DNA from: Candidatus Hydrogenedentota bacterium
Lineage (GTDB): Bacteria; Hydrogenedentota; Hydrogenedentia; Hydrogenedentales; SLHB01
Assembly (NCBI GenBank): GCA_045863335.1
Contig: BTVY01000013.1
Location: 64,001-128,000 of the forward strand
Direction: 5' to 3'
DNA: 64,000 nt
Position 1 is the stretch's first letter, and the number at the start of each line of letters is the position of its first letter. Both the position numbers and the translations under genes were made by a program. Under the pieces are notes generated by a model. It saw nothing but the letters and a program-made list of their open reading frames with translations. It did not search any database and was not told the DNA's origin. Positions 45,518 through 55,156 of this stretch are shown piece after piece.

Positions 45518-47050
45518 CTACCCGAAGTACTCCTGCAACAACCCCAAGTCCAACTCCGGGTACACCGGGAACCGGTCCAGCAGCGCCTTTACGCGGGCCT
45601 TGCCTTCGGCGTGGGCCTTCTCGTCGAGGACGTAATTGATCTTGCTGGGCTGGCCGGCGTTCTTGCCGGAATCGACGACGCCCGCCTTGGTATTGCCGAG
45701 GGCGAGCTTGATGATGGCGGCGATCTCTTTCATTTCTTCGACGCCCATGCCCAGGGTGGTCACCGCGGCCGTGCCGAGGCGCATGCCGCTCGTGATCATG
45801 GGCGAATTCTGGTCGAAGGGGATGGCGTTTTTATTCAGCGTGATGCCGCAATCCCGCAAGGCGCTGGCGCCCTGGCGTCCGGTGAGGCCGAAGGACGTGA
45901 CGTCGATCAGCATGAGGTGGTTGTCGGTGCCGCCGGAAACGACGTTCATGCCCTCGTCCACGCAGGCCTGCGCGAGGGCCTGGCAGTTCGTGACGATCCG
46001 TTTCGCGTAGTCCTTGAACTCGGGCCGGTTCGCCTCGGTGAAGGCAATCGCCTTTGCTGCCATGACGTGCGGCAAGGGTCCGCCCAGGACCATGGGGCAG
46101 CCCTTGTCCATGTACTGGCCGAATTCCTTCGTGGACAGCACGACGCCGCCGCGGGGGCCGCGCAAGGTCTTGTGCGTCGTTGACGTGACCACGTGCGCGT
46201 GGGGGAAGGGGCTGAAGTCGCCCGTAAACACGCCGCCCGCCACCAGCCCCGCAAAGTGGGCCATATCGACCATGAGCACCGCGCCGACTTTGTCCGCGAT
46301 GGCGCGCATCCGTTTGAAGTTGATGGCGCGCGGATACGCGCTGTATCCCGCGAGGAGAATCAACGGCTTCACGTCCATCGCCTGCTTCTCGATGGCGTCG
46401 TAATCGAGGAGGAAATCCTTCTCGCTTACGCCGTAGGCGTGGGCCTCGAACATCTTCCCGGACACGTTGTGGCGGTACCCGTGCGTGAGGTGTCCGCCCG
46501 CGGCGAGGTTCAGACCCAGCATCCGCTGATTGCCCAGCTTCTGGCGCAGCGTTTCCCAGTCCTCGTGCGACAACGCGCCGGGGTCCTTCACGCCGAGTTC
46601 ATCCAGGGCCGGCACCGCCACGCGAGCCTGGAGGATGCCCCAGAAGGCGACCATGTTGGCGTCCGCGCCGCTGTGGGGTTGCACGTAGGCGTGCTCGCAG
46701 CCGAAGAGTTTGCAGGCCTGTTCGCAGGCGTAGGCTTCGATTTCGTCCACATTGTCGCAGCCTTCGTAGAAGCGCGAGTGGGGAAAGCCTTCCGCGTATT
46801 TGTCCGTGAGCAGGTTCCCCATGGCGAGCTGCGTGGCGAGGGAACAGTAGTTCTCGCTGGCGATGAGCTTGAGGTAGCTTCGTTGATCGGCCAACTCCTG
46901 CACGATCTCCTTCGCCACCAGCGGCGCCACCGACGCCACGGTGCTCAGATTCGCCAAGTACCCCAGAAACCCCGGGTTAATCTGGTCCGGGTCCGTCTTG
47001 GCCAGATACGCCGCCACCGCGCCACTCGATTGGGAAGCCGTCACTGCCAC
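45518..47050 (-). CDS. glyA: Serine hydroxymethyltransferase
   Basis: LIASEN, KYAEG, VQPHSG, GGHLTHG, DMAH and TTHKTLRGPRGG. Confidence 0.96.
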   Translation of the reverse strand: MAVTASQSSGAVAAYLAKTDPDQINPGFLGYLANLSTVASVAPLVAKEIVQELADQRSYLKLIASENYCSLATQLAMGNLLTDKYAEGFPHSRFYEGCDNVDEIEAYACEQACKLFGCEHAYVQPHSGADANMVAFWGILQARVAVPALDELGVKDPGALSHEDWETLRQKLGNQRMLGLNLAAGGHLTHGYRHNVSGKMFEAHAYGVSEKDFLLDYDAIEKQAMDVKPLILLAGYSAYPRAINFKRMRAIADKVGAVLMVDMAHFAGLVAGGVFTGDFSPFPHAHVVTSTTHKTLRGPRGGVVLSTKEFGQYMDKGCPMVLGGPLPHVMAAKAIAFTEANRPEFKDYAKRIVTNCQALAQACVDEGMNVVSGGTDNHLMLIDVTSFGLTGRQGASALRDCGITLNKNAIPFDQNSPMITSGMRLGTAAVTTLGMGVEEMKEIAAIIKLALGNTKAGVVDSGKNAGQPSKINYVLDEKAHAEGKARVKALLDRFPVYPELDLGLLQEYFG

Positions 47051-47067
47051 GATATGTTCTCCTTGCC

Positions 47068-47162
47068 CAAAAATTGGGGACTGGCTCGAATTACGCGAAT
47101 GATCCAGCCGCCCTGATGTTCACCAAATACTGCGGAGCAATTCGTGCCTGTCCCCGTTTTTG
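47068..47162. repeat. Imperfect inverted repeat (GGGGACWGGCWCGAATT family)
   Basis: CAAAAATTGGGGACTGGCTCGAATT versus AATTCGTGCCTGTCCCCGTTTTTG. Confidence 0.7.
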
Positions 47163-47405
47163 GGCTTCTTCGGCACGAATCAGCCGGACCGAAAAGGCCC
47201 GGAAATGACACCTGCTCCAATGGTATCGCGGCTTGCGGTTTGATTCAATGACGCGCTGGTTGAGCTGACTCCACACGCCTCCCTTCCCAGCTTCGGTTTG
47301 AACCGTCTCGCGCGCGGATGGCACAATACCGGGAGCCGCAAGCGCATCCTGCGCGGCAGCGTCGCAGAGACCTTCCACGTGCATCCGGAAAGCGAGGATT
47401 TTTTG

Positions 47406-47993
47406 ATGGAATGCCCCGAAAGAAATGACGAGGAGCAGAAGAAAAACGACGGCATGACGAGCCATCTGCTCAAGACGCGCACCATCGTGCTGTCCGGTCA
47501 AGTGGACCAGGAAATGGCCGAACGGGTCATCTCGCAACTGGTGGTGCTGGACAACGAAAACCACGATCCGATTCGCGTGATGATCACGTCGCAGGGCGGG
47601 CACGTGGACTCCGGCATGGCCATCCACGACGTCATGCGCTACGTCAACTCGCCGGTGTATACCATCGGCGCGGGCTGGGTGGCGAGCATCGGCGTGCCCA
47701 TCCTGTTCGGCGCGCCGGACAAGGCCCATCGCGTGGCCCTGCCGAACACGCGCTTCCTCCTGCACCAGCCGAGCGGCGGGGCGGGCGGCCACCTGCAGGA
47801 CATCCGCATCGAAGCCCAGGAAATCATGCGTATCCGCCAGCGGTTGAACGAACTCATCGCCAAGGAGACCGGACAGGACGTGGCGAAAGTCGCCAAGGAC
47901 AGCGACCGCAACTACTGGATGGACGCCGAAGAAGCCGTGAAGTACGGGATCATCTCGCGGGTCGTGCAACACGCGAAGGATGTGGTGAAGTAA
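47406..47993 (+). CDS. clpP: ATP-dependent Clp protease proteolytic subunit (paralog type)
   Basis: ITSQGG, VASIG, LPNTRFLLHQPSGG and DRNYWMDAEEAVKYG. Start uncertain (47406 or 47454). Confidence 0.92.
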   Translation: MECPERNDEEQKKNDGMTSHLLKTRTIVLSGQVDQEMAERVISQLVVLDNENHDPIRVMITSQGGHVDSGMAIHDVMRYVNSPVYTIGAGWVASIGVPILFGAPDKAHRVALPNTRFLLHQPSGGAGGHLQDIRIEAQEIMRIRQRLNELIAKETGQDVAKVAKDSDRNYWMDAEEAVKYGIISRVVQHAKDVVK

Positions 47994-48019
47994 GGAAATA
48001 AGCCGGGTTTTGTGCCCGT

Positions 48020-48080
48020 ATGTAGCGCAGGCGTCCCCGCCTGCAAGGACTTGAAGCAGGCGGGGACGCCTGCGCTACAT
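48020..48080. repeat. GTAG-type REP doublet between convergent genes
   Basis: ATGTAGCGCAGGCGTCCCCGCCTGC (48020-48044) perfectly inverted at 48056-48080. Confidence 0.9.
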
Positions 48081-48084
48081 CTCT

Positions 48085-49386
48085 TTACCCCACGCCCAGT
48101 TCGGCGGCGAGGTCGAGAATGGTAAACCGGCTGCGGATGTACCGCGCGTATTTCACCGCGTTGCGGTACTCTTCGAGGGGCGCTTCCATGTCCTCCGGGG
48201 CAGTCGGGCCGCCGGATTGCCGGATGGCTTCTTCGACGACGCTCGAGGGCAACAAGTCATGCCGCACTGCTTCCGCGATCTCCGGCAGTTTGTCGCGGAA
48301 CACCATGATCTCGGCGCGCATGAGGTCCGGCGGGAGCGACTTCTGTTTCCACTGGGCCAGCACTTCTTCCGCGACGGCCTCCCCCCAATCGGCCAGGGCC
48401 CATTCCTGAACCTGCTGGTCTGTCGGCTGAAGGGCCACAAGGGCGTCGGGATCAATCTTCGTCGGATCGAGGGCGAGCACGTTCTCCCACAGGCGGAGAC
48501 AATGCACCGTGGCCACGCCGACCTGCACGCCGTGCAGATCGTTCGGCGTTCCGTAGAGGGCCTGCTTCATGTCGATGTAATGAGAGATGAGATGTTCCCC
48601 ACCGGAGGCCGGCGAGGACGAGCCCGCCACCAGCATGGAGAGGCCAGAGAGCAGCAGCGCTTCCAATGCGATCGCGATGGCTTCCGGATTGCCTTTCCCG
48701 ACACGTTCTGCTGAATCGAGCACTTGCGTGAGGATTCCTTCATAGAATCGCAACGCGTTGGCATCGTAATACTCCCCGCGCAGGAAATGGGCGGTCCGCC
48801 AGTCCGCGCCCGCGGAACACTTGGACAGGTAATCGGCCACACCGGCGGCGGCCAGGCGCGGCGGCGCGGCAGCGACCACTTCCGGGTCGGCGAAGACCCC
48901 CAGGGCGGGCGTACACGGCACGGTACGTTTGAGTCCCCGCACCTTGACCGCCGTGATGCCGGAGGTATACCCGTTCATGCTCGCGGCCGTGGCGAAGAGT
49001 AGCACGGGGCGATCGTTCTTGGTGCCCGCGTGTTTGGCAAGGTCGCACACCGTCCCGGCGCCAATCCCTACGAAGAAATCGGCGTCTGCCCCGGCTTCGG
49101 CCACTTCATCGCCGAGGGCTTCCGTAGCGTCGATATGCCCGCCGGTGAGCACTTTCTCCGTCACGGACTTCCCTGCAGCGGCCAAGGCCTTGAGGACAGG
49201 TTCCGCTGCCGCGGCATGCGTGTGCTCGTCCGAAACCACAAGACAGGACGCGCCGCACCGTTCCCTGGCGAATTCCGCCAATCGTATCGCGGCATCGGCG
49301 CCGATATGCGCCAGTGCGATGGGAAGCCCAGGAGTCTCCGCGAATGCGCGGGCCAGCGCCGTTCCAGTGGGGGCCGTTCGAGACAT
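48085..49386 (-). CDS. sn-glycerol-1-phosphate dehydrogenase family (AraM/EgsA-like)
   Basis: GIGAGTVCDLAK, TAASMNGYTS, PASGGEHLISH and LHGVQVG. Confidence 0.85.
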   Translation of the reverse strand: MSRTAPTGTALARAFAETPGLPIALAHIGADAAIRLAEFARERCGASCLVVSDEHTHAAAAEPVLKALAAAGKSVTEKVLTGGHIDATEALGDEVAEAGADADFFVGIGAGTVCDLAKHAGTKNDRPVLLFATAASMNGYTSGITAVKVRGLKRTVPCTPALGVFADPEVVAAAPPRLAAAGVADYLSKCSAGADWRTAHFLRGEYYDANALRFYEGILTQVLDSAERVGKGNPEAIAIALEALLLSGLSMLVAGSSSPASGGEHLISHYIDMKQALYGTPNDLHGVQVGVATVHCLRLWENVLALDPTKIDPDALVALQPTDQQVQEWALADWGEAVAEEVLAQWKQKSLPPDLMRAEIMVFRDKLPEIAEAVRHDLLPSSVVEEAIRQSGGPTAPEDMEAPLEEYRNAVKYARYIRSRFTILDLAAELGVG

Positions 49387-49404
49387 GGTTGCGCTCCGCC
49401 GCGC

Positions 49405-49851
49405 TCAGCCCGGGCTTGTGGTCAGGTTGACCGACGTGCCCGCGTCTTCCCGGAACAGGGTAACATTCAGCATCTTGCCGTCCTTCCTGAAGTTCATCAT
49501 CTTCATGTCCGGCAGTTCCTGCGCCTGCGCAGGCGTCTCCTCTTTCCATCCCTGTTCTTCGATCGCGACCTTCATCGCGTCCGAAACCGATTCAAGAGCC
49601 TCCGGCACCTGACCCTGGAGCACGTACGTGCCCTGGTCCGGCAGGGCGCTCACATTGATGACGGTGAGATCGCCGGGAAGGGGAATGTCTGAAGGGAACT
49701 CGTCGGGGACGCGCGCTTCATCGCCGGTGGAGACCTCGACCACCGGTTCTGCGGAGCCCGCGGAATCTTCCGAATTGGACGATCCGCAACCGGGCAGGGA
49801 GACAAGGGCCATCACCAAGGCGAACATCCAGCGTACATTCCTGGTTTCCAT
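49405..49851 (-). CDS. Hypothetical lipoprotein
   Basis: Lipobox LPGC; VPDEFPSDIPLP and EEQGW; RBS AGGAG. Confidence 0.75.
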   Translation of the reverse strand: METRNVRWMFALVMALVSLPGCGSSNSEDSAGSAEPVVEVSTGDEARVPDEFPSDIPLPGDLTVINVSALPDQGTYVLQGQVPEALESVSDAMKVAIEEQGWKEETPAQAQELPDMKMMNFRKDGKMLNVTLFREDAGTSVNLTTSPG

Positions 49852-49888
49852 CGGATCTCACTCCTGCGGTTTCGCGTCCATCATACAG

Positions 49889-49922
49889 AAAAGCGGACCC
49901 TTCACGCGGAAGAGTCCGCTTC
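49889..49922 (-). terminator. Intrinsic terminator
   Basis: AAAAGCGGAC...GTCCGCTTT hairpin downstream of the 50454-49948 gene. Confidence 0.7.
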
Positions 49923-49947
49923 AAATCACGAATGCTATGCGGAGCGC

Positions 49948-50454
49948 TTACTGAACAGGTTCCAGGGGCGTCCCATCATAGATGATCTTATCGCCTTCGA
50001 TGGTGGCCGCGTAATCTTGGCCCATGGCGCCGACTGTCAGCGTCGTGCCGTCCAGCGACCACGTACCCGGAATCTGATCGTTGACCTTCAAAACGCCATC
50101 AGGCTCAAAGGAAAAGGTCATACCGCCCGCGCTGAACTTCTTGCCCACAATGTTCTCCGCAGTGAGGGCCGCGCCGGCAGCTTCCGTGCCTTCCACGGCC
50201 GCTTCGACCGCCGCCTCAGCCGCGGTTTCGCCGGCCGGGGCTTCCGCGCTCATGTCTTCCGTGCCTGCCGCGGGCGCTTCGCTATCCGGCATCTGGGCCG
50301 GTTCTTCTACCGCGGCGGGTTCGGATGCAGCCGCTGGCTCCGTGGCTTCCGCCGGCTCGGACGTGGTAGTGCCTCCGCCGCTACAGCTCGTCGCCGCGAA
50401 CGGCAGCGAGATCGCCATAAGCAGTGCAATCGCTACAAACAAGTGCTTTTTCAT
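49948..50454 (-). CDS. Hypothetical Ala/Glu/Pro-rich lipoprotein
   Basis: MKKHLF...ATSC signal, low-complexity linker, small beta domain (GTWSLDGTTL). Confidence 0.75.
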   Translation of the reverse strand: MKKHLFVAIALLMAISLPFAATSCSGGGTTTSEPAEATEPAAASEPAAVEEPAQMPDSEAPAAGTEDMSAEAPAGETAAEAAVEAAVEGTEAAGAALTAENIVGKKFSAGGMTFSFEPDGVLKVNDQIPGTWSLDGTTLTVGAMGQDYAATIEGDKIIYDGTPLEPVQ

Positions 50455-50709
50455 GAAAACGGCCCCTTCCGTCGATTGACCTCGCATTCCCGCGAGGGTT
50501 GGTGTCGCGCATTCCAATTGTGCGTCCAAAGCACAACGCGCATTAGCGTACACGGAGCGCGTTGTCCGGGTCAACAGCCGCGTAGAGGAACGTAACCGCA
50601 GGGAGACGAGGGACGAGGAAGCGGGGAGAAGGGATTGCGACCTTATATCTACCGACCGGTAGGTATCGGTTGACGGTGCCAATTGATTAACTTAATTGCC
50701 AAAAACGAC

Positions 50710-50738
50710 TTGACACGCAAAACCAGTTCTGCTATCGT
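50710..50738 (+). promoter_or_regulatory. sigma70 promoter of the porin gene (about 305-nt leader)
   Basis: TTGACA-17-TATCGT with an extended -10 TG. Confidence 0.7.
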
Positions 50739-51050
50739 ACGCGAAGTATTTTTGGGGATTCTGCCGACGGGTAGACGGAAAAATACGAAAGCGGAAAACA
50801 GAGGCTGACTGCAAGGGGTAGATTCTCAGTACACACACGCGAAAAAACCATCAATCGTGATCTCACATCGGAGACGAAAGGAGGGATGCGACCAGTCCGA
50901 AGAGACTTACTCCGAGGTCACGCGATATGGATGTGCGAATAGATCTGGTGAACGAACTCAGCGTTTCGGCGAAATGAAACTTTGGTTTCGCTCGAAGCTG
51001 GTATAGCGAGGCGCTCAGCCGCCTCCAACATAAAATGGAGAAACCAATCA

Positions 51051-52658
51051 ATGCGTAAATCATTGATGATTGTTCTCACGGCGGCCATGGTGCTGGCAGC
51101 ATTGCCGGCCATGGCCGAGCTGCAGAACGTGCAGGTCGGCGGAGAAATCCGCATCCGTGCGAACTACTACTCGAACTACACGTATGATATCGCCGGTCAG
51201 GGTGTTCCCCAGACCATTCACCCCTTTGCTGGCAATCAGGTCATCTGGCCGAACTTCTTCCTTCCCCGCCGTCCGATTGGCACCGGTCCCTTCAACGGGA
51301 ACGGCATCGTCAGCTCGTTTGCGTGGGACGATGAAGAGAGCAACGACCTGCAGTTTGTCGAACAGCGCACCCGGCTCAATGTGAAAGCGGACTTCACGAA
51401 CGAAGTCAGCGCCTTCATCGAGCTGGACAGCTACGACATCTGGGGCGAGGATTTCCGGTCCGACTATGTGACAGGGCTGGACAACCGCGCCGTGACCAAC
51501 GATGACGTCGAAATCTATCAGGCCTACATCGAAGCGAACGAGATGTTCGGGTTCCCGCTGCGCCTTCGCATCGGTCGCCAGGAGCTCAGCTTCGGTAGCG
51601 AGTGGCTGGTCGGCACGAACGACACGGCTGCTTTCTTCCACGGCCTGTCCTTCGACGGCGTGCGTCTGACCTATGCGACCGACGTGTTCAGCGTTGACGC
51701 GTGGGCCTCGACGTTGTTCGAGAGCGGAATCAACGAGCAGGACGGCGACGTCTGGTTCTACGGCGTCTACGGCAGCTACCTCGGGCTTGAAGACATCACG
51801 ATCGACGCCTACTGGATGTGGATTCGTGATGGCCGCAGCCTGAACGACACGAACTTCATTGCACCGATCGAATGGTTGGAAGACATCTTCCAGTTGGATG
51901 ACTACGATGTAACCAACCTTCACACTGTTGGCCTCCGCGGAGCCGGCACCATCGGCGCCTTTGATTTCGAAGCAGAAGCTGCCTATCAGTTTGGCGACGC
52001 TGACCAAGTTGGATTCCTGTTCAAGCCGTTCATCTATGGCGATGACGGTGCTGATTACTCGGCCTGGGGTGCGAACCTCGAGCTGGGTTACACCTTCGAC
52101 GTGATGTGGACGCCGCGTGTCTACTTGGGCGGCGCCTACTTTGACGGCGAAGACGAGCGCGACATTACGTTCATCGAATGGCTTAACCCCTTCGATCGTC
52201 CGGAATCGAGCGTGAGCTTCAATCGTCTGTTCTCCAACTGGGAGTACAGCGAGTTCATCGAAAACACCGAGCTGTCGAATGCGTACGTCATTCGCGGTGG
52301 TGTGAGCGCCAACCCGACCGAAAGCGTCGAAGTGCTGTTGGCCGTCTCGTACTACAACACGCTTGAAGAGTTCGATGCCCCGCGTTACTTCTCGGTCGGC
52401 GGATTCCGGGTCCCCTTGGCTCCGGCTCTGTCCTTCTGGACCCAGGAGAATGACTCCGAGCTCGGCACCGAAGTTGGCCTGTACGTGACCTACAACTACA
52501 GCGAAGACCTGAGCTTCGAGGTAGGCTGGGCGCACTTGTTCGTGGGTGAAGGCCTTGAAGAAGGCCAGTTCAGCGCGCTCAACGGTCTCGGCTTCAACGG
52601 CGGTTCCGGCGACGACGACTCCGACTACATCTACTTCGAAACCAAACTCTGCTTCTAA
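51051..52658 (+). CDS. Outer-membrane beta-barrel, alginate-export family
   Basis: Signal peptide; VEQRTRLNV, IYQAYIE, LRIGRQELSFGSEWLVG and SFDGVRL; C-terminal YFETKLCF. Confidence 0.85.
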   Translation: MRKSLMIVLTAAMVLAALPAMAELQNVQVGGEIRIRANYYSNYTYDIAGQGVPQTIHPFAGNQVIWPNFFLPRRPIGTGPFNGNGIVSSFAWDDEESNDLQFVEQRTRLNVKADFTNEVSAFIELDSYDIWGEDFRSDYVTGLDNRAVTNDDVEIYQAYIEANEMFGFPLRLRIGRQELSFGSEWLVGTNDTAAFFHGLSFDGVRLTYATDVFSVDAWASTLFESGINEQDGDVWFYGVYGSYLGLEDITIDAYWMWIRDGRSLNDTNFIAPIEWLEDIFQLDDYDVTNLHTVGLRGAGTIGAFDFEAEAAYQFGDADQVGFLFKPFIYGDDGADYSAWGANLELGYTFDVMWTPRVYLGGAYFDGEDERDITFIEWLNPFDRPESSVSFNRLFSNWEYSEFIENTELSNAYVIRGGVSANPTESVEVLLAVSYYNTLEEFDAPRYFSVGGFRVPLAPALSFWTQENDSELGTEVGLYVTYNYSEDLSFEVGWAHLFVGEGLEEGQFSALNGLGFNGGSGDDDSDYIYFETKLCF

Positions 52659-52687
52659 GCAGATCGCGGTTACTTAGTACGATACCG

Positions 52688-52720
52688 AAGCCCCCGCAAT
52701 CGAAAGGTTGCGGGGGCTTT
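52688..52720 (+). terminator. Intrinsic terminator
   Basis: AAGCCCCCGCAATC-GAAA-GGTTGCGGGGGCTTT. Confidence 0.8.
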
Positions 52721-52930
52721 CCATGTTTATGACATGTACGGGTGCGACGTCTCCGATTCGGATTCCTGCCCCGAAACGCTCCGCGGCGTACTGGCAGGTC
52801 CTCCCGAGGCCTTTCCGGGAGCAATTCTCTCCACCCTCGAACGAATTTGGGCAGAGAGAATTGGCCGGAAATGTCGGCAACGGCCGAACCTCACCGGTCC
52901 CCAGCGTCCGTCCGGAAAGTCCCTGAACAG

Positions 52931-53803
52931 TTACGACGCGGAACCATCAAGCGTGATATCGAGGAAGTCGGCGACGCCGACGTAACCGAGCTTGCGGTAG
53001 ATGCTGTTGGACGTGGGATTCCCGAGATCGGTGAACAGGGTGCAGAACGATTTTCCCTCATCCAGGATCTGCTGGGACAGCCGGGCGACGATGGCGCTGG
53101 CGTAGCCGTGGTTGCGGTGTTCGGGCGGCGTGTAGACGTAGCTGATGCATTCCCCATGCGCCGTGGGGCGACTGCGCGCGGCCATGGCGCGGGGCTCGCC
53201 GTCATCCCAGAAGAACAAGGTGCCTGTGGCGACGCGCATTTCCGCATCGGCATAGGTCTGTGCGTCGGGCGGTTCGTGAAAGCAGTCCTGCTGGAACCCG
53301 ACGGCCCACTGGCGGACGAGTTCCATGTCATCGTTCGTCGCGGGGCGCATGGCTCCCGGAGGGAAGTTAGGGTGGACAACGGAATCCAACCGGTGGACGC
53401 GCTGATGCGTTCCGTCTCGCGGCGTGGTACCGGACACGCGGGTCCACTCCGCGGCAAAGGCTCTCGCGACCGGCGTGGGCGCGAATACGGCCGGGACTTC
53501 GGCGCCCGAATCGTGCAGGTGGGAGGCGAGGGCGTCAAGGCCGCAGGGGCTGTCTGCGTCAGCGGCGAAGACGTGCATGTTCTTCCTGGGCGGCGTGCGC
53601 AGGGCGGCAGCGTGAAGGTCGCCATCGGACGTGACGGAGGCAAGCAGCGGCTGTTCGCCATCGAAGCCGGGCTCCGCCACCAACCGCCGGCAAATGCCGA
53701 GCATGAGGCTGTTCACGCATTCGTCCCGCTGCAGGTACGGTTCGACGACGGTGAGAAACTCTGCGACGTTCTTGTATTCCGTGTAGGTCATCATAGGTCG
53801 CAC
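52931..53803 (-). CDS. GNAT-family acetyltransferase
   Basis: ISYVYTPPEHRNHGYA and LFTDLGNPTSNSIYRKLGY. Confidence 0.9.
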   Translation of the reverse strand: MRPMMTYTEYKNVAEFLTVVEPYLQRDECVNSLMLGICRRLVAEPGFDGEQPLLASVTSDGDLHAAALRTPPRKNMHVFAADADSPCGLDALASHLHDSGAEVPAVFAPTPVARAFAAEWTRVSGTTPRDGTHQRVHRLDSVVHPNFPPGAMRPATNDDMELVRQWAVGFQQDCFHEPPDAQTYADAEMRVATGTLFFWDDGEPRAMAARSRPTAHGECISYVYTPPEHRNHGYASAIVARLSQQILDEGKSFCTLFTDLGNPTSNSIYRKLGYVGVADFLDITLDGSAS

Positions 53804-53842
53804 CCGATCTACCCGCGTGAGCCTGCGACGCTGCCAGGCGCC

Positions 53843-54115
53843 TTACCCGAGGACGGCTGCGGCGAGCGCCAACAGGAACAGTCCTGCCAGGAGCGCGAGT
53901 ACGAGCGCCGCAACGGCCTTTATCCATCCGAAACGCATGCGCACTTCGCCGGTGGCGTCGGGAGCAAACTCAGAAGCGCGGCCCTGGTACCAGAGTCCGC
54001 AGTGGGGGCAGCGCGTGGAACCGGCGGGGATGGGGCGCGAACATCGTTTACACGGAACGCGGTTGCCAGTGCCGTCCCGGTAAGAAGTGAAGTCGAAGAC
54101 GTTGTCTTCAGTCAT
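53843..54115 (-). CDS. Small zinc-ribbon membrane protein
   Basis: CKRC-x10-CPHC plus a C-terminal TM. Confidence 0.7.
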   Translation of the reverse strand: MTEDNVFDFTSYRDGTGNRVPCKRCSRPIPAGSTRCPHCGLWYQGRASEFAPDATGEVRMRFGWIKAVAALVLALLAGLFLLALAAAVLG

Positions 54116-54133
54116 GAAGGCGACCCTCGGCCG

Positions 54134-54304
54134 CTATGAATCGGCTCGGCGCGATCGGATCAGTTGCGCGGTCCCGCTCACGAGGAACATCCCGCTGAGA
54201 ATCCAGAACAAGGGTTTGCCCCCGTCTTCGTACATGGCTTCCCAGAGTTGGGTTGCGGCCAGGACCACGCCGCAAAGGACCAGAATCCAAGCTGCAACGC
54301 GCAT
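54134..54304 (-). CDS. Small two-TM protein (56 aa), not in the supplied ORF track
   Basis: MRVAAWILVLCGVVLAATQLWEAMYEDGGKPLFWILSGMFLVSGTAQLIRSRRADS*; GGAG RBS; fills the operon gap. Confidence 0.6.
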   Translation of the reverse strand: MRVAAWILVLCGVVLAATQLWEAMYEDGGKPLFWILSGMFLVSGTAQLIRSRRADS

Positions 54305-54332
54305 GGGGACTCCAAGTTCCGTTCGGCTACCG

Positions 54333-54841
54333 TTACTCAGTCACAGACTCGTCCGTCGATGGGGCGCCAGCCTCTCCGACCACCGTCTGCGCCACAGCCG
54401 ATGTGAATTGCATTCCCTGGGTGACGTCAACTTCTCCGCGAAAGATACCCGTCTCCTGGGCGCGCAAATTAAAAGTGAACGTCTTGGAGGTTCCCGGAGC
54501 GAGTTCCGTGTTGAAGGTGTAGCTCATGCTGTTATCGAGGGGAATGTGCATGCTGGATTGTTCCGCCGGATCGACGGACACGACTAGAACCCGGCGAGAT
54601 ACTCGTCGGCGATATCGACATCGTCTATGGTGACCGGCTGTCCTTCACGCGTATTCGTCACCGTGACAACCAAAGGGAACGTTTCGTCGAGCGCTACTTC
54701 AAGAGGCGCGTCGACCGCAATTGCGATGCCCTCCGGGTCCTGTGCAACGTGATACAGAAATGCGCCCAAGACCAGCATTCCCATCAGCGCCACAAGCGCC
54801 ACCGCCAAACACCCTATCGCGATCGCTTTACCTGCATTCAT
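54333..54841 (-). pseudogene. Frameshifted membrane-anchored Ig-like protein
   Basis: MNAGKAIAIGCL...DEYLAGF* continues in another frame as LVVSVDPAEQ...FRGEVDV; one missing base near 54587. Confidence 0.7.
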
Positions 54842-55088
54842 CGGATTCGAGTTCCCCCTGGTTTTCCGGGTTTGCCAACACCATACGGGCCTCATCAGCC
54901 TGGGACTCCGGCACGGCGACCTTGACGGCACTGGCGCCGCCCGCGGACGCGTACCAAGGCAACCACGTGCCCACCGCCTCGTCGGCAAGGTACGCTTCGA
55001 TCCCATGACCTTCCAGGACAGAGCGGGCAAAGTCGGCTTGGGTGATGGGCCCCGCGAATACGACGACCAATCGCTCTTCGTGTTCCAT
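54828..55088 (-). CDS. DUF2007-like small protein
   Basis: ADFARSVLEGHGIEAYLADE and VKVAVPESQADEAR. Confidence 0.8.
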   Translation of the reverse strand: MEHEERLVVVFAGPITQADFARSVLEGHGIEAYLADEAVGTWLPWYASAGGASAVKVAVPESQADEARMVLANPENQGELESDECR

Positions 55089-55156
55089 GGCTCACTCCCA
55101 CGGTGACGTGTGTTCGAGTATGCGCGGGTGCAGGCCGGATGTCAATCGGTCCCATA

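Noticed and set aside
50200-50370. Ala/Glu/Pro repeats in coding linkers (also 35220-35420, 55480-55650)
   Set aside because: Ordinary low-complexity linkers.
54108-54290. 60-aa ORF from the supplied track
   Set aside because: An alternative frame (54304-54134) has an ATG, an RBS and two TM helices.
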